Assembly (NCBI GenBank): GCA_018334755.1
Contig: JAGXLI010000004.1
Coordinates: 1-62,348 of the forward strand
Source: Thermoplasmatota archaeon
GTDB lineage: Archaea; Thermoplasmatota; Thermoplasmata; Halarchaeoplasmatales; Halarchaeoplasmataceae
Direction: 5' to 3'
Length of the DNA: 62,348 nt
This document shows positions 52,990-60,734 of this stretch, piece by piece. The position numbers and the translations under genes are program-made. A model generated the notes under the pieces. The model did not search any database and had not been told where the DNA came from. It saw only the letters and a list, made by a program, of their open reading frames with translations. Position 1 is the first letter of the stretch; every line of letters starts with the position of its first letter.

Positions 52990-53493
52990 TTAACAACACG
53001 AAGTAGTAGGTCCACAGCAGCTCGAGGTCTGTTCCTCTTCCTCACAGCAGGTTTCCTTTGTTTCCTTTTCCATCCCGACTTCTTTCCTTACAGCTTCTTT
53101 TATCATCTCTTTCGGGATAGTTTCATAGGTCTCTCCTTCATACTCGAAGACCCTGCAGTCGTTGCCTCCGCCAGTTATCTCGTAACATTCGGGACCCGTA
53201 ACGTCTTCACAGGAAGGACAGTAACTATCCTTCACCTCGTAATCTTCGTTCACTATCCCCTCTATATCGGTACCGTTTATCCTCAATGTAGGGGAACGGA
53301 TCAGACCGTGCTTCTTTGCCTGCTCATCACTCCTTATCTTTCTCTTGTTAACGGTTATCGAATCGATGTTGTTTTGATGTATCTGATCTCTCAGTTCTCT
53401 CAAAGCTCTATCTAACGTCTCATCGCTGGAGAGACACCTTTCACATTCCGAGAGGTCCACGTAAAGAAAATCTATCGATAAGTCATCCGGCAT
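52990..53493 (-). CDS. DUF2703-like thioredoxin-fold protein with Cys-pair tail
   Basis: IDFLYVDLSECERC, SPTLRING.DI, CPSC..DCRVFEYEG, tail CC..CC..CC. Confidence 0.75.
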   Translation of the reverse strand: MPDDLSIDFLYVDLSECERCLSSDETLDRALRELRDQIHQNNIDSITVNKRKIRSDEQAKKHGLIRSPTLRINGTDIEGIVNEDYEVKDSYCPSCEDVTGPECYEITGGGNDCRVFEYEGETYETIPKEMIKEAVRKEVGMEKETKETCCEEEEQTSSCCGPTTSCC

Positions 53494-53503
53494 ATTATCA
53501 GTT

Positions 53504-53731
53504 TCAGTGCGATTTTATATGCTCTATCTTCTCTTCTACTGCGTTCAGTTCCTTTTCCAGTTCCTTTTTGTAGGACTCTAACTCGTCTATCTTCTCTTGT
53601 TTGGTTCTGAAATTTCTCCATCCGCCGTGTCCACAGCAGCAGCCACCTTTCTTTCCATGACCCTTCTTGTGACTACCATGATGACCTTTTCCTTTACGTC
53701 CGTGTCCGGTTCCACAGCATTCTCCACTCAT
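53504..53731 (-). CDS. Small His/Gly/Cys-rich protein with C-terminal coiled coil (DUF5320-like)
   Basis: ECCG..HHGSH..GCCCGHGG.R.F.TK.EK..ELE.YK.ELE. Confidence 0.7.
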   Translation of the reverse strand: MSGECCGTGHGRKGKGHHGSHKKGHGKKGGCCCGHGGWRNFRTKQEKIDELESYKKELEKELNAVEEKIEHIKSH

Positions 53732-53743
53732 ACTATCACGTCG

Positions 53744-53768
53744 ATACTTACTACAGATAGTAAAGTAT
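53744..53768. promoter_or_regulatory. Palindromic operator between divergent genes (HxlR-like site)
   Basis: atac-ttacta-caga-tagtaa-a-gtat. Confidence 0.45.
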
Positions 53769-53789
53769 ATAAATCAGGCAGTTTAAGGA

Positions 53790-54061
53790 TTGAAAGTAGG
53801 TGAAAGACCGTGAAAAACAGTTATGAGTCAGCTGGGCGCGACCGGAGAAGGTTTCAGATTCAACGAACTACAGAGATCATTAGGATTGATCAGCCCTAAA
53901 TCGTTATCGGACAGGTTGAAAGAACTGACCGAGAAAAACCTGGTGAACAGATACATAGAGAACAGTGTCTACCTAAGGTCACCTATACCCTGACGGAAGA
54001 AGAGAAAAAACTCTAGACCAGTCTGGAGCCTCTGGTGGAATGGGCGAATCAACGTGAATAA
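53790..54061 (+). pseudogene. HxlR-family transcription regulator pseudogene
   Basis: RP*(TGA at the expected Trp, 53811)KTVM..RFNELQRSL.LISPKSLSDRLKEL...LVNR, frameshift near 53970, then PKVTYTLTEEEKKL*(TAG)TSLEPLVEWA. Confidence 0.8.
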
Positions 54062-54127
54062 AACGGATAGAAAGAGATGTTTTTGTCCAAAAAAGTAAAA
54101 ATAAAGATGCTAGCGAATTCTATTATG

Positions 54128-54805
54128 TCATAATCTTAATTTACAATCTTCAAAATATTTTTCACTCCATCTCTCAAGCTTTTCTTCCGAATATGACCTT
54201 TCAGTGATCTTATCCGGATCTAAAACATCCTTTTTATGTTCGAACTGCTGTAAGATATATCTACTTTCTTTTCCCAACCATTCGGATATATCTCCGATAT
54301 CTTTTTCATCTAGCAATCCGGGTACGACAGTAGTTCTAAACTCGTAAGAAACATTGGACCCATGGACGATCTCTATAGACCTTTCTATTTTTTGGATATC
54401 AATTTCAGTTCCAACTAGAAGATCATACTTTCCTTTAGGTGCTTTTACATCGATAGCTATGTAATCTAACAGGTCTTTTTCCAATAACTTCGAGATCATC
54501 TCGGGTCTAGTCCCGTTCGTATCTATTTTTACTAGATAATCCATCTGTTTCACTTCCCTTAAAAAATCAATAAGACCTTCCTGTAACGTAGGCTCACCTC
54601 CCGAGATAGATACACCTTCAAGAAAATTTTTTCTCTCATCCAAAGTAGAGATGACCTCTTCCTCTTGAATCCTACTAGAACCATCTATCAAATTATGATT
54701 ATAACAAAAAGGGCATCTTAGATTACATCCGATAGTCCATACTACTGCGCTCAATTTATAAGGATAATCGATCAAGGAGAGCTTCTGAAACCCTCCAATC
54801 TTCAT
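54128..54805 (-). CDS. nrdG: Anaerobic ribonucleotide reductase activating protein (radical SAM)
   Basis: GFQKLSLIDYP, GCNLRCPFCYN, SGGEPT, KIDTNG, EFRTTV. Confidence 0.93.
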   Translation of the reverse strand: MKIGGFQKLSLIDYPYKLSAVVWTIGCNLRCPFCYNHNLIDGSSRIQEEEVISTLDERKNFLEGVSISGGEPTLQEGLIDFLREVKQMDYLVKIDTNGTRPEMISKLLEKDLLDYIAIDVKAPKGKYDLLVGTEIDIQKIERSIEIVHGSNVSYEFRTTVVPGLLDEKDIGDISEWLGKESRYILQQFEHKKDVLDPDKITERSYSEEKLERWSEKYFEDCKLRL

Positions 54806-56929
54806 TCAGCTCACCGCTTTCACTTCAAATGTTTCTCTGTCTTCGAATTCCTGTGTCTTACCCTCATTCCATTGGTTTACAGGCCTGAGATATCCTACTA
54901 CCCTAGAATATATCTCACATCTTTTCTTATCACCCTCTTCGCATTTTGGACAAAATTCATGTTTCCCGCTGATATAGCCGTGATCAGAGCAGATACTGAA
55001 AGTGGGAGTTATCGTATAATAAGGGATAGACGACACCTCCGATATCTTTTTGACCAATTTTTTAGTTGCTGTCGGGGAAGGCATACTCTCACCTATAAAT
55101 CCATGGAATACAGTTCCTCCGGTGTACTTGGTCTGGAGTGGTTCTTGAAGGTTCAATGCTTCGAAGAGATCTTCGGTGTACCCCACTGGTAGCTGAGATG
55201 AGTTGGTGTAATATGGCTTGATCTCTTTCTCCCCGTTCGATTTTATTTTATTGTGTATTTTTATATCGGGATATCTCTTTTCGTCCAATTTCGCTAACCT
55301 GTAACAGGTACTCTCGGCAGGTGTAGCTTCCAAATTGAAAAGATTTCCAGTCTTTTCCTGGTACTCTTTCAGTCTATCTCTCATATGAGATAAAACCTTC
55401 TCCGCAAACCTGATCCCTTCATTCGAGCCTATGTCTTCACCGAGAAGGTTCAAAACAGCGTCGTTCATACCGACTAGACCTATCGTCGAGAAATGATTCT
55501 TCCAAAATTCTCCAAATCTTTCCTGTACATCGGACAGATAGAATCTTGAATATGGATGGAGGCCTGTTTTAGTCAAGCTTTCGATAACCTCTCTTTTTAT
55601 CTCTAAGCTCTTCTTGGCCTTGTCCATCAAAGAATCCAACGTTTCTAAAAATTCCTCTTCATTTCTTGCTTTATACCCTATCCGTGGGAGATTTATCGTG
55701 ACCACTCCTATTGAACCCGTCTTTGGATTCGCTCCAAAAAGACCTCCTCCTCTTTTGTTTAGCTCTCGATTATCCAATCTCAAGCGGCAGCACATACTTC
55801 TAGAGTCCTCTGGATTCATCTCGCTGTTCACATAGTTTGAGAAATAAGGAATACCATAGTTTGCGGTCATCTCCCACAGAGGATCGTACCTTTCATCATC
55901 CCAATCAAAGTCCTCTGTAATGTTATAGGTCGGTATAGGAAAGGTGAATGGTCTCGAGTTATCGTCTCCCTCCTGCATCACCTCTGAAAATGCTCTATTT
56001 ATCATGATCATCTCCTCCCTAAATTCTCCGTAAGTTTCTTCTTTCAGATCACCACCTATTATCACCGGTTCATCTCTCATATGTTCTGGCGGATTAAGAT
56101 CCATGGTTATGTTCGTGAAGGGTGTCTGAAACCCTACACGGGTCGGGACGTTCATGTTGAAAAGGAACATCTGCATCTGCTGTTTTACCTCATCATAATC
56201 TAACCCGTCGTAATGAATGAAAGGAGCTAGAAGAGTATCAAAACTTGAGATCGCCTGGGCACCAGCAGCCTCACCCTGGAGAGTGTATAGAAAATTGACT
56301 ATCTGCATCATCGCCGCACTGAGGTGTTTAGGCGGCGAACTGGCGATCTTGCCTGATACTCCTCTAAATCCTTTCAGAAGTATATCCTTTAAATCCCATC
56401 CCACACAGTAAGGTCCAAGGGTCCCTAGATCATGAATGTGAAAATCTCCATCCATATGAGCATCTCTTATCTCTGGTGGGTAGATTTTATTCAACCAATA
56501 ATTTTCTATCACAGTCTCAGAGGTATAAACATTTAGACCCTGTAAAGAATAGCTCATATTGCTGTTCTCCTTCACCTTCCAGTCGGCCCTGTCTAGATAC
56601 TCATCCACCATCTCGATGTCTTCTAGAAGACCACCCACTTTCCTAATCTCCTCATGCTGTTTTCTATACAGGATGTATGCCTTCGCTAGTTTATATTCTC
56701 CGATCTCCATCAGTGTTTCTTCTACCAAGTCTTGAACTTTTTCGACGCTCGGCATATCTGCATATCCTGTTTCTTCCTCCAATTTTTTAACTACTCTCTC
56801 CGTTACTTCCTGTGCCAGCTCTAGGTCCTTGTTACCAACAGCCGATGAGGCTTCCCACACCGCATTCGTGATCCTGACTGGATTGAAATCTACTACTTCA
56901 CCATCTCTTTTTCTGATTTTCCTGATCAT
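54806..56929 (-). CDS. nrdD: Class III (anaerobic) ribonucleoside-triphosphate reductase with ATP cone
   Basis: IRKRDG ATP cone, HIHDL, PFTFPIPT, SMCCRL, EATPAES, YTGGTVFH, YSRVVGY glycyl-radical motif. Confidence 0.96.
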   Translation of the reverse strand: MIRKIRKRDGEVVDFNPVRITNAVWEASSAVGNKDLELAQEVTERVVKKLEEETGYADMPSVEKVQDLVEETLMEIGEYKLAKAYILYRKQHEEIRKVGGLLEDIEMVDEYLDRADWKVKENSNMSYSLQGLNVYTSETVIENYWLNKIYPPEIRDAHMDGDFHIHDLGTLGPYCVGWDLKDILLKGFRGVSGKIASSPPKHLSAAMMQIVNFLYTLQGEAAGAQAISSFDTLLAPFIHYDGLDYDEVKQQMQMFLFNMNVPTRVGFQTPFTNITMDLNPPEHMRDEPVIIGGDLKEETYGEFREEMIMINRAFSEVMQEGDDNSRPFTFPIPTYNITEDFDWDDERYDPLWEMTANYGIPYFSNYVNSEMNPEDSRSMCCRLRLDNRELNKRGGGLFGANPKTGSIGVVTINLPRIGYKARNEEEFLETLDSLMDKAKKSLEIKREVIESLTKTGLHPYSRFYLSDVQERFGEFWKNHFSTIGLVGMNDAVLNLLGEDIGSNEGIRFAEKVLSHMRDRLKEYQEKTGNLFNLEATPAESTCYRLAKLDEKRYPDIKIHNKIKSNGEKEIKPYYTNSSQLPVGYTEDLFEALNLQEPLQTKYTGGTVFHGFIGESMPSPTATKKLVKKISEVSSIPYYTITPTFSICSDHGYISGKHEFCPKCEEGDKKRCEIYSRVVGYLRPVNQWNEGKTQEFEDRETFEVKAVS

Positions 56930-57133
56930 ACATCAACCACTCTTTCTAGCCATATCTAAAGTTTATTTTATTTATTTAAAGTTTACTTGAAAGGGTGGTG
57001 ATGGTTCTGTAGTTTTTAAATTAGAGCAGTCTCAAAAGAAGATTTTAAAGATATCTTTGGACGGTATAAAGCTCAAATCTTCATTAGACAAGTTGGGATG
57101 CCAAGGAGTTCGAATGAGTTAGCAAACAGCCGC

Positions 57134-57448
57134 TTATTTCGGTTTAGGAGTTTTAACCACCATGATCTTAGCGTCTCCCTCGGATGTGTTTCTCACATTA
57201 TGAGGTATGTCTTTCGGACTTAACACCACATTTCCTTCTTCAACTTCTTGTACTTCGTCACCCACTTGGATCTCGGCCGTTCCTTCGACAACGTAGAAGA
57301 AAACATCAACTGGAGTCGTGTGTTCCTTCAATCCCTGTCCTGGCGCGAACGGAAGCAGAACCACTTCGACCTCTTCCTTCTGTATCAATCTCTCCGGGCT
57401 GAACTTCTCCTCGTTCGTTTCTATTTCCTTTAGATCTATTTTTTCCAT
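57134..57448 (-). CDS. Cupin domain protein
   Basis: PGQGLKEHTTP, FYVVEG, SPKDIPH.VRN. Confidence 0.9.
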   Translation of the reverse strand: MEKIDLKEIETNEEKFSPERLIQKEEVEVVLLPFAPGQGLKEHTTPVDVFFYVVEGTAEIQVGDEVQEVEEGNVVLSPKDIPHNVRNTSEGDAKIMVVKTPKPK

Positions 57449-57458
57449 ATTTTACACC

Positions 57459-58265
57459 TCACTTCTTTTTTCCTTTAACACTTATCGTGACCTCTTCGAC
57501 CGGTATATCTTTATCAGATCCAGATAGAGCTTTATCTACTAACTTTGTCAGTCCGAAACAGCACGGGACTTCCATATGAACCACCTTTAAACTCTCGATA
57601 TCGTTCCTCTTGAATATCTCGGTCAATTTCTCAACATAATGTTCGGCATCATCAAGCTTTGGACACCCGATGATCAAAGAGCTGTCCTCTAAAAAATCCG
57701 GGTGGAAATTCGGGTAAGCGAAAGGAACGCAGTCCGCCGCTATCACCAGGTCGGAGCCATCGAAATACGGACCCTCTACGGGAACGAGATTCAGCTGGAC
57801 CGGCCACTGCTGGAGCCGGGAACTCAAACGTCCTTCTTCCTCCTGTTCTTCAGTTTCCCACTGGCCTGGAGCAGAGGAGGGACAGCCGCAGGCCGTTTTT
57901 GGTTCTTGATCCGCTATGGGATTTTCAACGCCCATCTCCTCCAGATGATCCAGTGCTTCCTGTAAAAGTTCATTCTGATCGTGTTCTCTCAAGTGTTCAA
58001 GATGAGCTTTGAGAACCTTTTCTCCCTGTTCCACCATGTTCTCTACTACGCTTCTTTCATCGTAGGGCTCCGCTTCTCTCATCTCTATATCTATCGCGTC
58101 CTCTGGGCAGTCTCCAATGCAGGCGCCCAAACCATCGCAGAACGCTTCGTTAACAAGCCTCGCTTTTCCGTCTATCACCTGTAAAGCTCCTTCGGGACAG
58201 CCTTTCACGCAGTCTCCACAACCAGTACATTTCTCATGGTCTATCTTTATTATCTCTCTCTTCAT
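57459..58265 (-). CDS. 2x[4Fe-4S] ferredoxin-domain protein with C-terminal Cys domain (type often found next to hcp)
   Basis: CTGCGDC..CPEGA, CDGLGACIGDCP, CGCP, QWPVQL, AADCVP, GCPKLD, MEVPCC. Confidence 0.88.
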   Translation of the reverse strand: MKREIIKIDHEKCTGCGDCVKGCPEGALQVIDGKARLVNEAFCDGLGACIGDCPEDAIDIEMREAEPYDERSVVENMVEQGEKVLKAHLEHLREHDQNELLQEALDHLEEMGVENPIADQEPKTACGCPSSAPGQWETEEQEEEGRLSSRLQQWPVQLNLVPVEGPYFDGSDLVIAADCVPFAYPNFHPDFLEDSSLIIGCPKLDDAEHYVEKLTEIFKRNDIESLKVVHMEVPCCFGLTKLVDKALSGSDKDIPVEEVTISVKGKKK

Positions 58266-58266
58266 C

Positions 58267-58905
58267 TTATACACCTACCTTCTGTAAACAGATCTTATCT
58301 CCTTCGACCATAGATTTCTCCTGCTCGATATCGACGGGCCCCAATATATCCGAGACTACCTTCCTATGGATGCTGCAGATCCAAGAAGCCTGTTCCGCCG
58401 GAAGGTCGCCGAAGACACAATTCTTGTGCTTCATCGTGTAATGGTCCTCCTCTTTACTGTAAGAGGAGTAAAAACCGAGTTCCTTAGAACTTTTCACGAA
58501 CTTCTCTATCCTTTTTTCAATATCTTCTTTTTCCTCGACTTCGGGAAAATACTCTTTCAGTTCTTCAGCGACCAGATCCGCGATCTCCTTCAGCTCTTCT
58601 TCGTCCATCCTATCTTTAATACTTTTTATCAATATGTTCAGTATCAATTCTGTTTCTTTAGGAAACAGTTTTTCACCCTCCTCCGTGATTTCGAAATACT
58701 TCTTCGGCCGCCCCTTCGAAGCTTTTTCAAAGTAGCTATCTATCAGACCGTTCTTCTCCAATCTGTTGAGATGTCTTCTGACCGCGCTTTCATTTATGCT
58801 GAGTATATCGGCTATATCTATAGCCGTGAGATCCTGACCTAAAAGCTCATCTAATATCTCTGTGCGGGTGTTTTCCGACGGGTACTTGAGCGTTTTTTCT
58901 GTCAT
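58267..58905 (-). CDS. SufR-like HTH metalloregulator with three C-terminal Cys
   Basis: AVRRHLNRLEKNGLI..GRPKKYF.IT.EG.KLFP; HKNCVF, ICSIH, GDKIC. Confidence 0.85.
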   Translation of the reverse strand: MTEKTLKYPSENTRTEILDELLGQDLTAIDIADILSINESAVRRHLNRLEKNGLIDSYFEKASKGRPKKYFEITEEGEKLFPKETELILNILIKSIKDRMDEEELKEIADLVAEELKEYFPEVEEKEDIEKRIEKFVKSSKELGFYSSYSKEEDHYTMKHKNCVFGDLPAEQASWICSIHRKVVSDILGPVDIEQEKSMVEGDKICLQKVGV

Positions 58906-59011
58906 CAAATAGGGTATAGGGGACAAGGTTTATATACTTTACCCACATTATTGTGATTAAAGTGGTTAATATGAGTGTGGAAAACCTATATAAAAATTTG
59001 AGGGGTTCGCC

Positions 59012-59701
59012 TTGGGAGACATAAACCAAAAAGAGATGCTGGAGGAGATAAAGGATGCATCTCCGCTAGAGATCTCCAGAGCGGAGCAGAAGCTCCTGCA
59101 GGAAGACGAGATAGATGAAGATAAACTTAGAGACTTCTGTAGCATCCATCTGAAAGCCGTCGAAGAAGAAGTAGAAGAGATGAAGGACCGGTTGGAAAAA
59201 GGCCATCCGATACACACTTTGATATCTGAACATGAAGAGATAACGGAGATGTTGGATGAACTAGACGATGTGATCGATTCATTGAAAGACGGGGAATTGA
59301 CGGCGAAAAAGAAAGATAAATTGAACCATATCGCCGAACACTTAGTCGAATCTGAAAATCATCACGAAAGGGAAGAGGAAGCGCTCTTTCCACGGATGGA
59401 AAAGAAAGGTATAACCGGTCCAACTAGGATAATGAAGATGGACCACGAGGACATGTGGCCTAAGAAGAAGAAGTTGTTGGAGCTTTCAGAGGAGTTAGAG
59501 AAAAATGAGGAGGAAATATTGGAGTTGGCGGAGTATCTTTCCTTCAATCTAAGAGACCACATCTTCAAGGAGAACAACATACTATATCCTTCGGCATTGG
59601 ACGAGTTAGAAAATTGGGATGAGATAAGAGAGGACGCCGACGAGATTGGGTACTGCTGTTTCACACCGGGAGAAAAACGAACTGAGAAAGGAGGTTCATA
59701 A
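59012..59701 (+). CDS. DUF438/hemerythrin-domain protein
   Basis: EISRAEQKL, FCSIH, GHPIHTL.SEH, HHEREEEALFP, MKMDH, HIFKENNILYP, GYCC; TTG start. Confidence 0.85.
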   Translation: MGDINQKEMLEEIKDASPLEISRAEQKLLQEDEIDEDKLRDFCSIHLKAVEEEVEEMKDRLEKGHPIHTLISEHEEITEMLDELDDVIDSLKDGELTAKKKDKLNHIAEHLVESENHHEREEEALFPRMEKKGITGPTRIMKMDHEDMWPKKKKLLELSEELEKNEEEILELAEYLSFNLRDHIFKENNILYPSALDELENWDEIREDADEIGYCCFTPGEKRTEKGGS

Positions 59702-59702
59702 G

Positions 59703-60476
59703 ATGAAGATAGAAAAGATGGTAAGTGTCCTTCAAAAATTTGACGAGGGAGACATAACACAAGAAAAGGCCCTCGAGGAATTGAAAGATGCAGAGCCTTT
59801 CGACTTTTACGCCGCGACTCTAGAACTCTACCTGAAAGGTTCTGGACTCAGAAAAGGAGACTCACCTAGGATCAGTAAATTGTTTAAAGAACGGTACAAA
59901 GAAGATTTCCAACAACTCATCGATGATCTGAAGGACAACCATCCGATAAAAAGGCTGATGACTGAGCACGTATATTTTGAAAGACTGTTAGGCGAATTAG
60001 AGGATATAAATCAAGAGATCAAAGAAGAATCCGATAAAAGTAGAGTGGTCAAGATCGAAGCGATCGCGAACGCTTTGAACCATTTAAAGGAACATATACA
60101 CAAAGAAGAAAGATTGATTTTTCCTAAATGGTACGACCAAAAGGGGGTGGGTGATATCTTACTATTAGAGGAGGAACACGAAGATATCTTGAAAAGCCAC
60201 AAAAACTTGACAAAAAAAAGTCAAGAGAGAAGAGAAGGTTGGGGAGAAAAAGACTGGAAAGACCTCAATGAAAAGATAGACGAGTTGATAGGAGAACTAC
60301 GATTTCATACCTTCCATGAAGGAGACCTATTTTATCCGATCGTGACGAACGAATTCGATGATAAGAAGTTCAAGGAGATCAAGAAGAAGATGGATAAGAT
60401 AGAGGAAAAAAATCCCGATCCGACCTTACCTGAACACTTAAGCTATCTGGATCTGCCAGTGCTTCGAAAAAAGTAG
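59703..60476 (+). CDS. Hemerythrin-domain protein
   Basis: HPIKRLMTEH, HIHKEERLIFP, EEH, HTFHEGDLFYP. Confidence 0.82.
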   Translation: MKIEKMVSVLQKFDEGDITQEKALEELKDAEPFDFYAATLELYLKGSGLRKGDSPRISKLFKERYKEDFQQLIDDLKDNHPIKRLMTEHVYFERLLGELEDINQEIKEESDKSRVVKIEAIANALNHLKEHIHKEERLIFPKWYDQKGVGDILLLEEEHEDILKSHKNLTKKSQERREGWGEKDWKDLNEKIDELIGELRFHTFHEGDLFYPIVTNEFDDKKFKEIKKKMDKIEEKNPDPTLPEHLSYLDLPVLRKK

Positions 60477-60494
60477 AAAGGATAGGAGGAAGAT

Positions 60495-60713
60495 ATGATG
60501 AGAAATGTAAAGATCGACCGAGAAGGGTGTATCGCCTGTGGAAGCTGTTATGCGTTATGTCCAAAAGTGTTTGAAGACGACGGCACGGGGACTGCACAAG
60601 TAGTAGAAGAATACATGAAAGAAGGACCCGAGGTAGGCGAAGTCGGGGATGATATCGGCTGCGTAGAAAATGCTGAAGATTCATGCCCGGTGAACGTGAT
60701 CACAGTCAGTTAA
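60495..60713 (+). CDS. Monocluster ferredoxin
   Basis: CIACGSC..CP.VF..CPVNVI. Confidence 0.92.
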   Translation: MMRNVKIDREGCIACGSCYALCPKVFEDDGTGTAQVVEEYMKEGPEVGEVGDDIGCVENAEDSCPVNVITVS

Positions 60714-60734
60714 AAAGAAAAAGATAATGGGTTT

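Noticed and set aside
54128-56929. nrdD TGA directly followed by in-frame nrdG ATG (possible Sec/readthrough)
   Set aside because: Both proteins are full length with normal termini; ordinary operon coupling
42016-58984. Exact 16-mer atatgagtgtggaaaa at 42016-42031 and 58969-58984
   Set aside because: About one 16-bp match is expected by chance in 62 kb, and one copy lies in a coding start
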